Shown in pieces: positions 31,999 through 34,396 of a stretch of DNA of 34,396 bases. Every line of letters begins with the position of its first letter. Position 1 is the stretch's first letter. The stretch is from NCBI GenBank assembly GCA_038056955.1, contig JBBUEJ010000046.1, forward strand, positions 1-34,396, read 5' to 3'. The notes under the pieces are model-generated. The model was not told the origin of the DNA, made no database searches, and worked only from the letters and a program-made list of their open reading frames with translations. The DNA comes from Patescibacteria group bacterium (lineage in GTDB: Bacteria > Patescibacteriota > Patescibacteriia > Magasanikbacterales > GWA2-37-8). Made by a program: the position numbers and the translations under genes.

Positions 31999-32550
31999 TT
32001 AAGCGGCAACGCCCTTTGCGGCTGTCTTGCCGGCCTTGCGGCGCACGACTTCATCAATGTATTTAATGCCTTTTCCTTTATACGGTTCCGGTTTTTTTAC
32101 TTTTCTGATCTGCGCGGCCATTTCACCAACCAGTTGTTTGTCGGCGCCTTCAACGGTAATAATATTTTTTTCTACGGAAAATTTAACTCCCGTTACCGGC
32201 TTAATCTCTACCGGATGAGAAAAGCCAACTTCCAACATTAAATTAACTCCTTTCATGGTTGCTTTATAACCAACGCCATTTATTTCCAACTGTTTTTTGA
32301 ACCCTTCGGTAACACCCTTCACCATATTTAACACCAAACTGGAAAAAGTACCCCACAAAGAGCGATCCTGTTTATTGTTCTCGTTGGCTACCGAAGTAGA
32401 GATCTCGTTTTGTTCAAAAACAACAGTAACACGGGGGTGCAGATTCAATCTTAATTCACCCTTTGGTCCTTTAACGAAAACCTGGTTTTTTTCTACTCCG
32501 GCAGTTACGCCCGAAGGAATTGTTATCTTTTTTTTGCCAATGCGAGACAT
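31999..32550 (-). CDS. rplF: 50S ribosomal protein L6
   Basis: MSRIGKKKITIPSGV...GPKGEL...GVGYKA...EPYKGKGIKY is the L6 signature. Confidence 0.95.
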   Translation of the reverse strand: MSRIGKKKITIPSGVTAGVEKNQVFVKGPKGELRLNLHPRVTVVFEQNEISTSVANENNKQDRSLWGTFSSLVLNMVKGVTEGFKKQLEINGVGYKATMKGVNLMLEVGFSHPVEIKPVTGVKFSVEKNIITVEGADKQLVGEMAAQIRKVKKPEPYKGKGIKYIDEVVRRKAGKTAAKGVAA

Positions 32551-32561
32551 ATTATTTTTTA

Positions 32562-32972
32562 TTAATAGACTTCACAGATTAATTCACCGCCGACTTGCTG
32601 TTTTCTGGCTTCATCATTAGTAAGCAAACCTTTGGGAGTTGATAAAATTGCCACGCCAAATCCGCTTAAAACAAAATCAATATCATCTTTTTTTACGTAT
32701 TTTCTGTGTCCCGGCTTACTTAATCTCTTGATGTTGGTTATCGCCGGAGTACCGTTACGAAATTGCAAGGTCAATAAAATATAAGGATGAATATCTTTTC
32801 CCGAAGAGGTCCCTTTGGGACTTACTTCCGCTTTGGCTAAATATCCATGCTTAACCAAAATATTGGCAATGCCAAATTTTATCTTGGAATAAGGAAGAGT
32901 CACTTCTTTCTTATTTATCAAGGAGGCATTGCGTATACGGGTTAACATGTCAGCGATAGGATCCGTCATCAT
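32562..32972 (-). CDS. rpsH: 30S ribosomal protein S8
   Basis: TDPIADMLTRIRNA start and a C-terminal GGELICEVY. Confidence 0.95.
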   Translation of the reverse strand: MMTDPIADMLTRIRNASLINKKEVTLPYSKIKFGIANILVKHGYLAKAEVSPKGTSSGKDIHPYILLTLQFRNGTPAITNIKRLSKPGHRKYVKKDDIDFVLSGFGVAILSTPKGLLTNDEARKQQVGGELICEVY

Positions 32973-33018
32973 ATATATTTAACTTATTAGCTTGTAACTT
33001 ATTAAGTATTAAATTAAT

Positions 33019-33204
33019 TTACCAGCTTGATTTGCGTACTCCCGGAATTTTGCCCTGATTGGCTAACTCGCGAAAACAAATGCGACACAATCCAAACTCA
33101 CCCATGTAGCTGCGATTGCGGCCACACTTCCAGCAACGTCTGACGATTCTGGTGGTGAACTTTGGTTTTCTGTTTGATTTTGCGATTTGTGATTGAGTAG
33201 CCAT
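33019..33204 (-). CDS. rpsZ: 30S ribosomal protein S14 type Z (zinc-binding, 61 aa)
   Basis: CWKCGRNRSYMGEFGLCRICFRELA..G.IPGVRKSSW is the typical short S14. Confidence 0.95.
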   Translation of the reverse strand: MATQSQIAKSNRKPKFTTRIVRRCWKCGRNRSYMGEFGLCRICFRELANQGKIPGVRKSSW

Positions 33205-33212
33205 AACCTAAA

Positions 33213-33764
33213 TTATTTAACAAAGGGAAAACCCATATGAGTTAGCAAAGCTTTACCTTCCGCTTTATTTTTTGCATTAGTATTTATAGTAATTTGTAAA
33301 CCATGAACTTTTTCTATGTCTTCAGCTTTAATTTCCGGAAAAGATATATTTTCTTTAAAACCAATGGTATAATTTCCATTTTTATCAAAACTTTTTTCGG
33401 ACAATCCTCTAAAGTCGTGGACGCGGGGCAAGGTGATTGATACTAGCTTATCTAAAAATTGGTACATTCTGGCGCCGCGCAAAGTTACTGCCACGCCAAT
33501 TTCCATGCCTTCACGAAGTTTAAAATTGGAAATTGATTTTTTAGCTTTGGTGCGCATTGGCTTTTGGCCGGTAATTCTGCTCAGCGTGTTCTCCACGTTA
33601 TCTATGTAGCGGGGCTCTTTTACAAAACGGCCGATACCAGCGTTAAGAACTACCTTTTTTATCTTTGGTACTTGCATTATGTTCTTATAACCCAATTCTT
33701 TTTGCAAAGCTGGGACTACTTCTTTTTTGTATTTTTCGTATAAGTTAACTTTCATACTATTCAA
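33213..33764 (-). CDS. rplE: 50S ribosomal protein L5
   Basis: NIMQVPKIKKVVLNAGIG...FDKNGNYTIGFKE..FPEI is the L5 signature. Confidence 0.95.
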   Translation of the reverse strand: MNSMKVNLYEKYKKEVVPALQKELGYKNIMQVPKIKKVVLNAGIGRFVKEPRYIDNVENTLSRITGQKPMRTKAKKSISNFKLREGMEIGVAVTLRGARMYQFLDKLVSITLPRVHDFRGLSEKSFDKNGNYTIGFKENISFPEIKAEDIEKVHGLQITINTNAKNKAEGKALLTHMGFPFVK

Positions 33765-34065
33765 TTATTTCTTTACACTTTCGACAAACTCTTTTCTTGT
33801 CTTTACCATCTATTTTATAACCAACTCTGGTCTCCAGGCTGCATTTAGGACAAACAAGAGCTACTTTGCTGATGTGTAAAGGACCGGCTAGTTCTATTAC
33901 TTGACCCTTCTCGCCTTGCTTTTTGGACTTCAAGCTTTTCTTCATAATATTGACGCCTTCCACTACTACTTTTTCTTCTTTTGGAAAAGCCTGAATAACC
34001 TTGCCGGTTTTGCCGGAGTCTTTGCCGCTCATTACTTTTACTTTGTCGTTAATCTTGATTTTCAT
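33757..34065 (-). CDS. rplX: 50S ribosomal protein L24 (with a CxxC...CxxC C-terminal element)
   Basis: KIKINDKVKVMSGKDSGKTGKVI (KOW motif). The C-terminus carries CPKC..CRKC. Confidence 0.93.
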   Translation of the reverse strand: MKIKINDKVKVMSGKDSGKTGKVIQAFPKEEKVVVEGVNIMKKSLKSKKQGEKGQVIELAGPLHISKVALVCPKCSLETRVGYKIDGKDKKRVCRKCKEIIE

Positions 34066-34075
34066 AATTTACAAA

Positions 34076-34396
34076 TTACAACACCTCGGGGGCTAAAGAA
34101 ATAATTTTTTGAAATCCTTTGGCGCGGAGCTCTCTGGCTACCGGACCCAAAATGCGGGTACCCTTTGGTTCTTTTGTTTTTCTGTCTATAATTACAGCGG
34201 CGTTATCATCAAAACGGATATAAGTGCCATCCGGCCGGCGAGTTTCTTTGTGCTGTCTGACAATAACCACGTGTACTACTTCACCCTTTTTTACCAAACC
34301 GTGCGGCGCCGCTTCTTTGACAGCGCAAGTAACAACATCGCCAATACGGCCATATCTTTTCTTGTAGCCGCCCAAAACACGAATGCATTGTAATTT
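34076..34396 (-). CDS. rplN: 50S ribosomal protein L14 (5' end lies beyond the window)
   Basis: ..[56 protein letters not shown]...[11 protein letters not shown]. The frame remains open to 34396 (..[10 protein letters not shown]..). The listed Met at 34375 is a TTG inside the gene. Confidence 0.93.
   Translation of the reverse strand, partial: KLQCIRVLGGYKKRYGRIGDVVTCAVKEAAPHGLVKKGEVVHVVIVRQHKETRRPDGTYIRFDDNAAVIIDRKTKEPKGTRILGPVARELRAKGFQKIISLAPEVL

Noticed and set aside
1-34396. CRISPR arrays, rRNA genes, transposases, integrases or prophage structural genes
   Set aside because: No regularly spaced short direct repeats, no rRNA-like segments, and no ORF with recombinase or transposase motifs were found. 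The only tandem repeat is the coding FN3 duplication.

Overview
This 34.4-kb window comes from a small, AT-leaning bacterial genome. It is most consistent with a Candidate Phyla Radiation / Patescibacteria (Parcubacteria-like) organism. The supporting signs are an spc ribosomal operon (rplN-rplX-rplE-rpsZ-rpsH-rplF-rplR-rpsE-rplO-secY-adk-map) with no rpmD between rpsE and rplO, almost no Shine-Dalgarno sequences even on ribosomal genes, and many extended -10 promoters placed a few nt from the start codon. The genetic code looks standard, because TGA ends map and ruvX at the expected C-termini. Housekeeping content: tsf, rpsB, rpmE, prfA, prmC, rplY, rodA/ftsW, gyrA, an RSH (p)ppGpp enzyme, parAB, asnS, recO, ruvX, and four tRNAs (Phe-Arg-His cluster and Leu). 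A secreted protein with two FN3 modules at the left edge is missing from the supplied ORF track because it runs off the window. The main point of interest is an AT-rich accessory island (about 14.5-19.7 kb) next to the tRNA cluster. It contains a strongly promoted, GC-rich candidate structured RNA of unassigned family. It also holds a coiled-coil two-TM protein and a GC-rich structured segment with a 37-codon basic ORF. Finally, it holds a restriction-modification-like pair whose 888-aa methyltransferase carries a complete, apparently cleavage-competent LexA at its N-terminus. That gene is convergent with, and overlaps by 8 nt, a PD-ExK endonuclease gene. The M and R promoters share a 9-mer (ACACTTTCG) in the -35 slot, and the M promoter region is bracketed by perfect DnaA-box-type 9-mers. 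Secondary points: a non-canonical NRAMP (NRMT-like) transporter in an operon with a soluble MgtE-N/CBS sensor protein; a tRNA-His with A at -1 and A73; and a GC-richer two-gene cassette with a strong SD and a long structured leader. No rRNA, CRISPR array, transposase or integrase was seen. All family assignments are by-eye motif recognition, not database searches.
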